A DNA stretch of 64,000 bases from the human T2T-CHM13v2.0 reference genome, Homo sapiens: assembly GCF_009914755.1 (NCBI RefSeq), contig NC_060925.1; one strand, written 5' to 3'. Positions within the stretch are counted from its first letter, which is position 1. Each line of letters starts with the position of its first letter. Shown here piece by piece: positions 28,825-46,440 of the stretch. The position numbers were made by a program, and so were the translations under genes. Under the pieces are notes generated by a model, which was not told the origin of the DNA, made no database searches, and worked only from the letters and a program-made list of their open reading frames with translations.

Positions 28825-29518
28825 TGAAATGTATTTTTAAAATATACCTTATTTGCCCTTCATGTTAGATAATACAAAATTAATTGCATATTTTTTCATG
28901 GTTAAGTCTAAGCTTTCCTTCCTTAGGTTCTGGGTACTTGGATATGCTCTGCCATGAAGAAGAATCCTGACCAAATAAATGGTTGTGTTCTTGTAGCTGA
29001 ACCTCAATTACATTCTTTAGTGACTGACGTGAATCTTCCAGTTTTTTTTGAAGAAAAGTCAGCCAGAAACTGAGTTCAAGACTAGCACTTTTAAAATTTT
29101 AAACCTTTTTTGTTAAAGCAATTCTGGTATAATAAAACCCAAGGGTCCATTTGTATAGTTACCTAAGAAATACCAACGTGTTGATTCAGAAGTAAATCGT
29201 CATAACATATTAAATTGCACCATTTAAAATTATGATATTTTCTGGTTAATGTCTAAAATCTGCCAGTTTATTAATTTTCTGCTTGACACATGTTCTAACT
29301 ACATGTTACTTGGGCATTTGGATCATTAGGGAAATAAGAGTTGAGTGTGTTTGTTGTACGTTGTCTATGGTTTCCTAAGTCTCCTCTGAAGATAAGCAAC
29401 ACTTGTGAGACAGATGTGTCACACAGTGGAGGGCTTTGGTGTAATTACCGCTCTCTGTTGTGCATGAATAAAATCTAAGTGAAACACTGCTAAACCATGT
29501 TAACTTATGAGAAGGGTC

Positions 29519-29810
29519 AGCTGGGCATGGTGGCTCATGCCTGTAATCCCAGCATTTTGGGAGGCCGAGGCGGGTGGATCACCTGAGGTCAGGAGTTTGA
29601 GACCAGCCAGGTCAACGTGGTGAAACCCCGTCTGTATTAAAAATACAAAAATTAGCTGGGCATGGTGGTAGGCACCTGTAATCACAGCTACTTGGGAGGC
29701 TGAGGTAGAAGAATTGCTTGAACCTGGGAGGCAGAGGTTTCAGTAAGCCGAGATCACGTCATTGCACTCTAGCCTGGGCAACAGAGAGAGACTCCATCTC
29801 AAAAAACAAA
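29519..29810 (+). mobile_element. AluS(x)
   Basis: TSD aacttatgagaa(gg/aa)gtc at 29502-18 and 29811-27. Confidence 0.95.
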
Positions 29811-30245
29811 AACTTATGAGAAAAGTCATCTAACTCATATGGCAAATGGTCTCATATCATGTGCCAAATCTGACAGATTGATACTGGCTTAATGGAAGTG
29901 TGTTTTGAGGATAAATCTTAGGTCTTACCTGAATTCTTGGGTTTGAAAGAGTAGCATGAGTAATTAGTGATTTCTGAAATATGATAGGGAAGAATTGAGT
30001 AGTAGCAAGTATTTTTCCTCCAATGATTTCTTATTTTTTTCTTCATAAAGTTTATGCTTATATTTTTATAGATGGAATATATTATATATTTTGTATATAT
30101 TATATATGCTATGTTTATATGTAAGAAATAGGTATAAAATCTATAGAGATTTATTGTATGTTAAAGGAAAACCAAACCTAAATCACTTTTGGAGGAAGAA
30201 TTTCTTTTTTTTTTTTTTTTTAAGGCTGTTTTGAAAGCTTGTATA

Positions 30246-33005
<2,760 letters not shown>

Positions 33006-34009
33006 CAATGAGATGTTATAGCTGCAACACAGAAGATGGTTAGAAGGCATACCTAATGGATCTCATACAATTCATGGAAGTGTTTTTATTAATAAAGCAA
33101 TGCATTTAGGAATATTTGTTGCTCTAACCATCAAATGAAATATTTACCCTTTTGAACTTTCCTATTCCCATCCATTTCCCGGCATGAAACTTCAGAGGCA
33201 TTCTTAACTCTAGATTGTCTCTCACATGGCTTTCTACTTTCTATCCACATTATCATAATAGTTTCTCAATTGATATGTCTGTCTCCAGCCTCCATTCCCT
33301 GCAGTTCATTCCCCAGCTGCAAGGGTGACCTGTCAGGTTTTCAGGGTATTGTATAAATGTCTCCATTGCTTTGACAGTGTTGTTTAATATGTCTTTACTG
33401 ATTTTCTTTCTAATTTATTTATCAGTTAGTAAGAAGGCTGTAATCTCTAGTTACAACTTTTGATTGTCTATTTTTTCTTTCTGTTTTGTCAGTTGGGGAA
33501 TTTTGTCTTTCTTTCATTTTATTTTTCTTAGTTTTTGCATTATGTATTTTGAAGTTCATAATACTTTTTTGGAGGCAAACATAGGTAGAATTGTTATATC
33601 TTCTTTTTGAATTGATCCCTTTATCATTATGTATTGATTCTCCTTTTTTCCTGGTACTATATCTTGTTCTGAGGTCTGATTTGCCTATTTTTAATACAGC
33701 TACTTCAGCTTTATTATGGCTAGTGTTTACATAATATACCCTTTTATCTTTTACTTTAAACCTAATTGTGTATTTATATTTTAAGTGAATTTCTTTTCCT
33801 AGAGAGCATAAAGTTGAGTCTTATTTTTCTTATCCTGCCAAACAATCTCTGGCTTTTAATTGGGGACATTTAGAACATTTACATTTAATGTAGTAATGAT
33901 AGAGTTGAGTTTAATTTATGATCTTTATATTTGTCTACTATTTGTTTCATCTATTGTTTTCCTTCTTTTTTTCTTTCCCTTTTTTCTTATTAATTAGTAT
34001 TTTTTAATA

Positions 34010-34356
34010 TAATCGGCCCTTCATATCTGTGGGTTCTGCATGTGTGGATTCAGTCAACTGCAGATCAAAAAACTTCAACAAAAAAGGGATGTTCGTACCT
34101 ATAGAATGTGTATAGACTTATTTTCTTGTCATTCTTCTCCAAACAATACAGCATAACAACTGTTTACATAGTATTTATATTATATTACATGATATTTACA
34201 TTATTACAGAGATAATTTAAAGTATATATGAGGATGTGTGTAGGTTATATGCAAATACTGCATCATTTTATATAAGGGACTTTAGCATCCATGGATTTTG
34301 GTATCTGTGGGATACCATAGATGAACTAGTCTCCCATGGATATTGAGGGACAACTA
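34010..34356. mobile_element. MER2 (Tigger family)
   Basis: taatcggcccttcatatctgtgggttctgca..ggatattgagggacaacta|TA, about 347 bp. Confidence 0.8.
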
Positions 34357-34950
34357 TATTTCATCTTATTTCCACCATTGGCTTATATGTTATACATCTT
34401 TGTTTAATATTTTCAGTGGTCACTCTAGTGGTGTGCCCCTTTAATTTATCACAGTCTATCTTCAAATAGTATTACACAACTTCACAGGTGATGTCAGAAC
34501 TCTACAACAGTATACTGTCATTCTCCCTTCTGTTGTTTGTGCTATTGTTGTCATATATTTTACATCTACATATGTTATAACCAAAACAATATATTGCTCC
34601 TACTTGCATTTAAGTCATTATCTTAAAAAAATTTTAAATGACAAAATTGTATTTTATATTCATCCTCATAATTAGCATTTCCAGTTTATTTCACTCATTT
34701 GCATAGATCCAGCTTTTCATTAGGTATCATTTTTATTCTACCTGAATAACTTCCTTAACATTTCTCATTATGTAGATTTACAGGTGGAAAATTTATTTAG
34801 CCATTGCTTTCTTGAAATTATTTATTTCCCATTTTTGAGAGATATTCTTACAGAATGTAGAATTCTCAGTTAACAGGTTTTTTTTTTTTCTTTCTGCAGT
34901 TAAGATATTGTTCTTTTGTCTTGTGTTTGCATAGTTTCTGACAAGGAATC

Positions 34951-35528
34951 TATATTAGTTTTCCGTTAGTGCTGTAACAAATTACCACAAACTTCATAGC
35001 TTAAAACAATACAAATAATAAATTTGTAATTTCTTCAGGTCAGAAACTCAAAATGGACAAAAATTATATTAGCAGTGCTGTGTTCCTTCTGGAGTATCTA
35101 GGGGATACATTTCTTTGCCTTTTTTTAGACTCTAGAAGCTGCCCACATTCCTTGGTTTATGGCTTCTAGCTATCTTCCAAGCTAGCCATGGCTGGTTGAG
35201 GTTTTCTTGTGATGTATCACTCTGTCGCTAACTCTCCTACCTTTCTCTTTCACTTACAAGGACCCAGTGATTGCACTGGGACAACGAGGTATAATACAAG
35301 ATGAGCTTCTCATCTTAAGGTCAGCTGATTAGCAACCTTAATTCCATATGCAATTTAATTCCCCCTTAATTTATTATATTATATTCCCATGTAATATATT
35401 TACAGCTGGGGATTAATAAATTAATTCCCCCATAATTTATTATATTATATTCCCATGTAATATAACATATTCATAGCTGGGGATTGGGACATGGACATTT
35501 TTAGAGGGCCATTATTCTGCCTACCACA
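34951..35528 (-). mobile_element. MLT1(D)-like MaLR solo LTR with a 66-nt internal tandem duplication
   Basis: gctgtaacaaattaccacaaac..ccattattctgcctaccaca; duplication units start at 35355 and 35421. Confidence 0.85.
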
Positions 35529-35638
35529 AAGTCTTGGGAATTTATATTTTTGTTACTTGTTATAAAATGTGTTTCCCCACTCCTTCCCCATCTAAACTCT
35601 GGTTGTTTTTAAATTTTACCTCTATTGCTAGTTTATAG

Positions 35639-36031
<393 letters not shown>

Positions 36032-38999
36032 TGAGGTTAATTGGGCTTTTGGATTTAGGTGTTTATTGTGTGTATCAAATTGGGAAAACTTTTGAACCTT
36101 ATCCCCTCAGTGATTTTTCTGTCTCCATCTCTCGGTTTGTTCTGGGACTAAAATGATACATTATGCTAGAATGTTTACTAATGTCACAGTTCATCAATAT
36201 TCTGCTCTCCTTTCAATCTTTTCCTTTATGTGCTTCAGTTGGAATAGATCCAAATTTTACATCTTAAAGTTTATTGTTATTTTCCTCTGCAGTGTCTAAT
36301 CTTACGTGATTTCCATTCAGTGGACTTTTTATTTCGGATACTGTATTTTTAACTTTACAAGTTCCACTGAGTTCTTTTGTTTATATCATCCATTTTCTTC
36401 TCATTATGTTCATGTTTTTCTTTAATATTTGAGGGTGGTTACTAAAAAACTACATTCGTATTAATATCCTTATTTGCTGGTTCATCTCCTGTCATTCCTG
36501 GGTCTGTGTCTATTGACTTAAAGAATGTGATTGCGCTTTCCTGATACTTGGTTGGTCTAGTAATTTTCTTATTAAGTGCTAGACACTATGCACATTATGT
36601 TGTTGGGTGTGTAGGTTTTGTGCATTTCTTTAGAATATTTGGCTTTCTTTAGGCAGATAATTTAAACAACATGTGACTCAGTTGATCCCTTTAAGGCTTG
36701 TTTTTAAGCTTTGCTTAGGCTAGTCTGGGGCATCCTTCATGCCAGTGATAATTTGGTTTTACTAATAATTTACCTACCCCACTGAGGTCTCCAAGACCAT
36801 CCTGTCTCTTGTGATCAGTGACAGCTCTCCACTCTGGCTCTTTAGACATCGAACATCTTTTGGCCCTGTAAAAGCTTTGGGAATTGTTAAGCTTATATTT
36901 TCTTGGTGGTTCTTTGCTTGTACTTGTATAATTTTACTGTATACAGGTGCCACTTAATACCCAGCTAAAAGTCAGAAAGCTTAATGCAGATTTTTGATCC
37001 TTCTTTTCTGCAAAGTATTTCCTCTCTGGAACTCTGTTCCTCATCTTTTAGTCATGTCAGCCTACCTAGACTTCTATCTGTATTTCCTCAACTCAGCAAA
37101 ACTGGTTGGCTTATTTGGGGTCTCCTTTCTAGCATCTATGATTTTAAAATTGCTTTTAGACAGAAATCTAGGAAGATTGAAGGGCACTACACAGATCAGA
37201 CTCCTATACTGCTTATTTTTCAGTATATGAAAACAGTTTCATATATTAAATACATTTTTCTAGTTAATTACAGCAGGAGGGTAAGTTTGGTTCTTTTCAA
37301 TTAAGTCCGGAATTAAGTTCAATTAAGTGGAAGTTCCACTTCAATTAAGTTGATAAAGGATCAACAAAACAAAACGTTGGTTTCTTGAAATGATAAACAA
37401 AATAGATAGACCACTAGCTAGATTAACCAAGGAAAAAAAGTGGAAATATTTTTCCACTGGTTTAAATTTAACACAATTCATCAGGTCAACAGGATTTCAC
37501 TATCCAAAATATATATGCACCCAATAGCAGAGCACCCAGATTCATTTAAAAAAACATATTGGTGGACCTAAGACAAGAGATAGACAGCAATAGAGTAATT
37601 TGGGGACACTTCAATACACCATTGGCAACATTAGTCAGATTATAAAGGCAGAAAATCAACAAAGGAACTCTGGGCTTAAACTGGACTCTAGACCAAATGG
37701 AAAAACATTTATAGAATATTCTACTTCACATCAACAGAACATATATTTTTTCTCATCTGTCCATGAAACATTTTCCAAAATTGACCATGTGCTTAGCCAA
37801 AAAGCAAGTTTCAATGAATTTTTTAAATGAAAATAATATTAAGTGTCTTCTCAGACCACAGTAAAATAAAATTGAAAATCAATACCAAGAGGAACTCTCA
37901 AAAAACTACACAAGCATGTGGAAATTCAGCAACTTGCTCCTACAAAACCTTTGGGTAAACAACAAAATTAAGGTAGAAATCAAAAGGTTTTTTGAAATGA
38001 ATGAAACTAGATACAACTGCTACTGGGTACATATATATTTTGGATAATTAAATCCTGTTGAACTGATAAATTGTGTTAAATTTAAACTAGTGGGAAAATA
38101 TTTCCACTTTTTTCCCTTGGTCAATACCAAAACCTCTGGGATGCAGCAAAACAGTGCTAAGAGGAACGTTTATAGCATTAAATGCCTACATAAAAAACAC
38201 AGAATGATCTCAAATTAACAATGTAACATTGCATCTCAAGGAGCTAGAAAAGCATGAACAAACCAAACTCAAAACTAGTTAAAAAAAAAAAAAAGAAATG
38301 GCAAAGATCAGAGCAGAACTAAATGAGATTGAGACCAAAAAAAATGATAAAGGATCAACAAAACAAAAAGTTACCTCTTTGAAACGATAAACAAAATAGA
38401 CCACTAGCTAGATTAACCAAGGAAAAAAAGATTAAAATAAGCACAATCAGAAATGATAAAGGTAACAATACAAACTGATACCAAAGAAATACAAAAATCA
38501 TCAGAGACTATTATGAGCATCTCTATGCCCACAAACTAGAAAACTTAGTAACAAGTAATGAAATTGAGTCAGTAATTTTTTTAAAAAAATCTCTAAACAA
38601 AAATAAGCCCAGAACCAGACAGATGAACAGCCAAATTTTACCAGATATACAAAGAGTTGGAACCAAGCATATTAAAACTATTCAAAAAAATCAAGGAGGA
38701 GGTGTTCCTTTGTAACTCATTCATGAAAACAGTATGACCCTGGTACCAAAATCAGGCTAGAACACAACAACAGAAACAACAGAAAACAAAACACACAGGG
38801 GTATATCTCTGATGAGCATAGATGCAGAAATTCTCAAGAAAATACTAGCAAACCAAATCCAACAGCACATCAAAAAGATAATATTATACATCACCATCAA
38901 GTGGGTTCTATTTTAGGAATGCAAGGATGGTTTAACATACACATGTCAATAAATAATAATTTACCACACAAAGAGATTTAAAAAACCATATGATCATCC

Positions 39000-39294
<295 letters not shown>

Positions 39295-39957
39295 AATCAT
39301 CTTAACAGCTGCAGAAAAGGCATTCAGTAAAATCCAACATTGCTTCATGATAAAAACCCTCAACAAAGTAGACATTGAAGGAACATATCTCAAAATAGGA
39401 ACCATTTACAACAGACTCCCAGGCAACATTATATGGAATGGGGAAAAGATTAAAGCATTTTCCCTGAGAACTGGAACAAGACAAGGATGTCTACTCTCAC
39501 CACTCCTAATCAACATAGTGCTGGAAGTTGTAGCCAAAGCAATCAAGCAAGAAAAAGAAATTAAAGACATTCAAATTGGAAAAGAAGAAGTCAGATTATC
39601 TCTCCTCACTGATGACATGATCTTTTAAACCTAGAAAACCCTAAAGATCCCTCCAAAAGATAACTAGACCTAATAAATGACTTCAGCAAAGTTTCAGGTT
39701 ACAAAATAAATGTATAAAAATAAATATCATTTCTGTACACGATTAACATTCAAACTGAGACCAAATCAAGAACTTAGTCCCATTTACAATGGCCATATAC
39801 ACAGAAGTAAAACACCTAGGAATATTTAACTAAGGAAGTAAAAGATCTCTGCAAGGAGAACTACAAAACACTGATGAAAGAAATTGTGTAGATGGCACAA
39901 ATAAATGAAAAAACATTCTGACTCATGGATCAGAAGAATCAACATCATTAAAATACC

Positions 39958-40288
<331 letters not shown>

Positions 40289-42264
40289 CTATCAAATTAC
40301 CGACATCATTTTTCACAGAAAAAACAATCCTAAAATTCATATGGAGCCAAAACTGAGCCTGAATAACCAAGTAATCTTAAATAAAAAGAAAAAAAAACAG
40401 GCATCACGTTTTGTAGCTTCAAATTGTACCACAAGACTATAGTAACCCAAACTGCATGGTACTGGTACAAAATTAGGCACAATAGATCAGTAGAACAGAA
40501 TAGAGCACCAAGAAACAAAGCCACATATGTACAACCAACCAATCTTAAACAAAGCTGACAGAAATAAACAATGAGTAAAGGACACTGTATTCAATAAATG
40601 GTGCTAGGACAATTGGATAGCCATATGTAAAACAATGGAACTGGACCCCAGTCTCTCACCATATACAAAATTTTACTCAAAATGGGCTAAAGACTTAAAT
40701 GTAATACCTGAAACTGTAAAAATGCTAGAAGAAAACCTAGGAAAAATTCTTCTGGACATTGGCCTAGGCAAAGAATTTATGACAAAGACCTCAAAAGCAA
40801 ATGCAACAGAATAAAAAATAGATAAATGGGACTTAGTTAAATGAAAACGCTTCTGCACAGCAGAAGAGATAATTGACAGAGTAAACAGACAACCTATAGA
40901 ATGGGATAAAATACTTGCAAATTATGCTCCTGAAAAAGAATTAGTATCAAGAATCCACAAGGAACTCAAACAACTCAACAAGAAGAAGACAATCCCATTA
41001 AAAAGTTGACATTTCTTAAAGAAGACATATAAGTAGTCAACAAATTTATGAGAAACTGCTGAACATTATTAGTCATCAGTGAAATGCAAATTAAAATCAC
41101 AATGGGATACCATCTTTCAACAGTTAGAATGGCTATTATTAGCAAGCCAAAAACAGCAGAGGTAGACATGGATGTGCAGAAAAGGGAATAGTTATATACT
41201 GTTGGTAGGTATATTAGTACAACCTCTACAAAAAACAGTTTGGGGATTCCTCAAAGAACTAAAAGGAGAACTACCATTCGACCCAGCAATCAACCCCATT
41301 GCTTGGTATCTACCCAAAAGAGAAGAAATCATTGTGTAGGAAAGACACCTGCATTCATATGTTTATTACAGCACTATTCTCAGTGGCAAAGTCATGGAAT
41401 CAACCTGTATCCATCAACAGCATCACAACAGATGACTGGAGAAAGAAAAAAAAAATATATATATATATTCTTTATATATGGAATACTACTATACTATGTG
41501 TACTACCATATATATATGGAATACCACTCAGTCATAAAAAGAATAAAATTGTGTCCTTTACAGCAACATGGATGCAGCTGAAGGCTATTATCCTAAGCGT
41601 ATTAACACAGAAAGTGAAAATTAAATGCTACATGTTCTCACTTTCAAGTGGGAGCTAAATAATGGCTACACATGGACATAAAGATGGAAACAATAGACCT
41701 GGAGTCTCCAAAGGTGGGAAGAGGAAGAGGAGGGAAGGGTCAAAAAACTACCTATTGAGTACCATGTTTATTATTTGGGTGATGGATTCAATAGAAGCCC
41801 AAACCTCAGCATTATGTAATATATCTATGTAACAAACCTGCATATGTACCCCAGAATCTAAAATAATAATATTTAAAAGAAAGAAATATATTCTAGGCAA
41901 AAATAAATAAAATGAACACAGTTCAGCCTCTTTTGCTTTGCCTGTTGTATGATCACACCATGAGAGGCTGGTGCTGCCTCTGCACAGCATTTTTGCCAGC
42001 TCTTTTCCATTGTATTTCCAGTTTTGTCTCCTTTATCTTTCTTCTTGACATCTCGAACTATGGTGCACCTTTGCTTCTGTGTCTTTTTTCCCACTGTTCA
42101 TTGTTTACCCTCTCCGGTCTCTGCTCCTTTTTCTACTTGACTAAGACTTGTTCATCATTTTAGTCCCAACTCACCCTGCATTGCCTTTGTCTTTTCCTTA
42201 TTGACTTCTCTCTCGATAGGCAAATGGATGTTTCACTTAACTGTACTCATAACTAATTTGCCAG

Positions 42265-42450
42265 TGTTAAGGCTTTGGAGTCAGACTCCATGAGTTGGAA
42301 TCCTGTCTCATTTATTTAGTGTTTCTGGAATCTAAATCAAGTTTTTTAATTGCTAATTTCCTGATTTTAAGTGGGAATAATTATAAACCCTTTCTTACAG
42401 GGTTTTATTATCTTGGGTTATTATATGTAAAGAATTAGAATAGTAATATC
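42265..42450 (+). mobile_element. MIR remnant
   Basis: ggctttggagtcagac..gagttggaatcctg. Confidence 0.6.
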
Positions 42451-45400
42451 AACATCATTCCATATTAACATTCCCATTTAAACATCTCTAAAACATCTAC
42501 ATGTATGATTATTTGTCTCTCTCTCCATCTACCATTTTCTTAAAGGAAAAAACTATGTAATATTTACCTGCATATGAGTCCCCAACAAAGCTAGACATTC
42601 AAATGTTGACTGAAATATTGTAATGTTAAATTATGTGGCTTTTGTCTGTAGGATTGGAATGACCTAGGCTTTAAGCATTGTTTTGGCAAGTAAGATTAGG
42701 AAGAAAAGAAACACATCAGAAGTTTTTTTGGCTTTCTTATTTTTGTTTCCAGCAGTTTTGTGTTTTGATAGTTTGAATCCCTAAATTGAAATTAATTGGT
42801 ATTGCTTTCAATATGGAAAGCTCAGCCCTAATGCGTGTATTTACTTATTTTTAGTTAAAGGCTCAACGAGGTTTTCGTTTTATCCGAAGGATTTTTATTT
42901 AAGTTCAGCCTGGTATTAGTAAGTATGTATGCTTCATTTATATTCTTCAATAGGGTAGTTGTCTCTTAGCAAAGAAAAAGGAAAGGAATTGGCCCAAGGC
43001 ATGTCTTTATTTCTATGCTACATTAGTGAAAGTCCAGGAGAGATTTGCTTAGCCTGTAGGTAGAGTAATATATAGATTTGGGTATGATTTGATATAAAAA
43101 TTTAGTTTGAGTTAGCAATTTTCTAGTTGGAAAATTGTTCCAGCTCCTTTAGACTGTACTGTCTACTGTACTGTCTAGCTCGTGGATGCGTATTATGTTT
43201 TCCCATGTCTTCTCTACTTTGGGTTTAAAACGAAGATTTGGAGAGGAATTTCACTGAGGACCACTTCAATACGTACATCAGGCTGGGTGATAATAGCACA
43301 CGGCTTTCCTGTATTTTATGTTTGGCTGGAAGCCACATATAGAATTTTTAAAGTATGTGTCATTTTCTATTATGTATATGTTTCTTGAGTTTTTAATAAC
43401 TAGCCCCCATATGTTTATATACACCTATATTTCTAGAGGCACAATGATATATATATATATTTATGTACAAAGTTGAAATAACCCTCAGTATTAAATAAAA
43501 GGTAGCTGTAAATTATTGCAAAAGTCAGGTTGACATTTTATGCCTCAAATGCTCTCTTTCTTCCTCCTAGGAGTATTCCACAACATTGTTTTATTGTCCT
43601 AAGAACATGCACAGCATAGAGAAGGAAGATGCATTGGGACTTAGTTATTTCTCTTGCAGTCTAAGGAAAGATATTCTGAAAGTCATGCACTGTGACATGT
43701 ATGAACTACTTAAATTTACCTGACTTTTAGTTCATTGTCAAAAGGAAGAGTGTGTCAAAAATCTCAAAACTAAGGCAATATATCTTCAGTTAAATGACAA
43801 CTTTAAATGAGTCAGAAGAAAGGCACTGCATCTGTCTAAAAAATATCCCATACTGGCTGCACTTAAAAGCAACTGGAATGCACATTCATAGCTAATTATA
43901 AACAAAAACTAGTTAACACTTTAAATAAAAAGGAAAAATAGCAAAAAGATTTAGAGCCTAGACAAACAGATGAAAGGGTTCTGAGTTGCCTTCCATCTGA
44001 TATTACTCAAATGCAACTCTGTCTCCAATTACCTGGGAATATGTGGTATTCCCTCATGAAAGCTCAAGATCAGAAAGGGCGTCCATTTCGTGTCTTTGCT
44101 TACTCATAGCCATTTGGAACAAGTTCAGCAGAAGTATTTCACATTGCGAAAGAGTCTGGAGCCAGACAGCGACTACAGACACTAATCACTGGGTCAAAAT
44201 AGTAACTTAGTAGGACAGCAACCACCAGAAAGTATTTGTGGAGGTAGAAATGTGGAGTCGGATATATTAGTGCCGTTGGAGAAGATATCACCAAATGCAA
44301 AAATGCTGTAACAGAACCATTAAATCACTATTTGTAATCAGTTTCATGTTCAGTGGCACAGGACTGTCTGAGCCGATGGTCTCTTTGGTAGGATCAGACC
44401 TAAAAGGTAATCTTATGCCCTTAACTCTAGAATAAATAGATGGAAAGAGAATTAACCAAATAAATAAAGGCTGCCTCCTAAAACATTTGGTGTTTCTTTT
44501 ATTGTATGGTTCCAAGTACAGGCTTTCTTTGCCTCAAACTGCAGATCTCTAGCATTTGAGATTTGCGGGGTGGGCAAAAGGGGAAACATCATTGCTAAAA
44601 TAATAGGTGCAGCAATTGATCAACTTCCCTAAGGAGCTGCAATTTTAGGTCTATTCAAATAAGAGTTACTGGTATTCTCTGAATATTGTCATTATAAACC
44701 ACTTTTCATTGTTGCCTTTTTTCTTAAACTACATCATCCTGTTCCTTTCCTCCAGTGTCAGTAGAGAATTGATTGCTTTATTTTACTATCACTCTACTCC
44801 GCTACTACTTCTATTTTCAGTAGACTCTATCTCGGAACATTTTCCTTGGCAGTGGATCTCAAACTCCAAGCTATGAATAATTACCCACAGTATGTTTGGA
44901 ATAAAAAGGTGAGCTTTAGAAGAGGATTAAGCATTTTTTAAAAATCATTCTTTTAGATTTCATCAGGTTCTCACTAAATTCACATGAAGTATTATCTTAT
45001 CCCTTGTAGCAATTTTATTTACTGCTATGTCTTTAAAAAGTGGGGAGGGGACTAAGGAGCTATTAGCCTCTGTGTTTATCCTGTAGGCATTGGACTTCTC
45101 CATTCTATGCCAATTAAAACAACTTCACACACAAATTAAGTAGAAATAAAATCTATTAAATATATTTTAAAGCAATCCCGTGGTTTTATAAAGGTCTTGG
45201 GCCATAATTTCTCTGTTGCTGTAAAGAGGCAACCTTATTTTAGCAAAGTATATTTTTAATTCAACATCTGGATTCTGTATAGAAAAATTAACAAGGAAAT
45301 ATGTGAGATTCCTACAATGGAAGACTTTTCACATATTGCAAGCAATGCATCTCCATCCTACTTTGTAGTAATACTGATGTGGGCATAAAGGAAAGACAGG

Positions 45401-45460
45401 AAGAGGATGACTAGACACCAGGTGATTTATACATTATCTTATTAAATCATGAAACAGCTC

Positions 45461-45814
45461 GGCCAGGCACGGTGGCTCATGCCTGTAATCCCAGCACTTT
45501 GGGAGGCCGAGGCGGGTGGATCACGAGGTCAGGAGATCGAGACCATCCTGGCTAACACGGTGAAACCCCGTTTCTACTAAAAATACAAAAAATTAAGCCA
45601 GGCGTGGTGGCGGGTGCCTGTAGTCCCAGCTACTCAGGAGGCTGAGGCAGGAGAATGGCGTGAACCCAGGAGGTGGAGCTTGCAGTGAGCTGAGAGCGGG
45701 TCACTGCACTCCAGCCTGGGCGACAGAGCAAGACTCCCATCTCAAAAAAAAAAAAAAAAAAAGACTAGGAAAAAAACGTGGTGCTCAAAGCAAAAAAAAA
45801 AAAAAAAAAAAAAA
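45461..45814 (+). mobile_element. AluY with a bipartite tail (A19, 29 nt non-Alu, A26), inserted in a MIR
   Basis: AluY diagnostics; TSD aaatcatgaaaca(g/a)ctc at 45444-60 and 45815-31. Confidence 0.95.
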
Positions 45815-46178
45815 AAATCATGAAACAACTCAATGAAAAAGAAATTATTACCCTGCTTTAATGATGAATAAAAGTTATTACATCAAAGAAGCGATTATTC
45901 AAAGTTATTAAAATCTACTGCAATTCAGTGGCTGCATTACAATTCAAACCCAGGTTTGCCTGACTAAAGCTCATGTTCTAGCTCCCAACACTGGACCTTG
46001 TGGGATCTGAAGATGAGAGGCAGAGTGTGAGAAAGACCTTGCAAAGTATAAGCATTTACAAAAAAGTGTAGCTTTTATGGTCCGAGGTGGAGGAGAGGTG
46101 ATTGCTCTCAGAGATCTGGGATGCCCTTGGCCAGTGATGTCCATTAGGCGTCATAAAAATGTTTCTGTCAAAAGTGGT

Positions 46179-46440
<262 letters not shown>

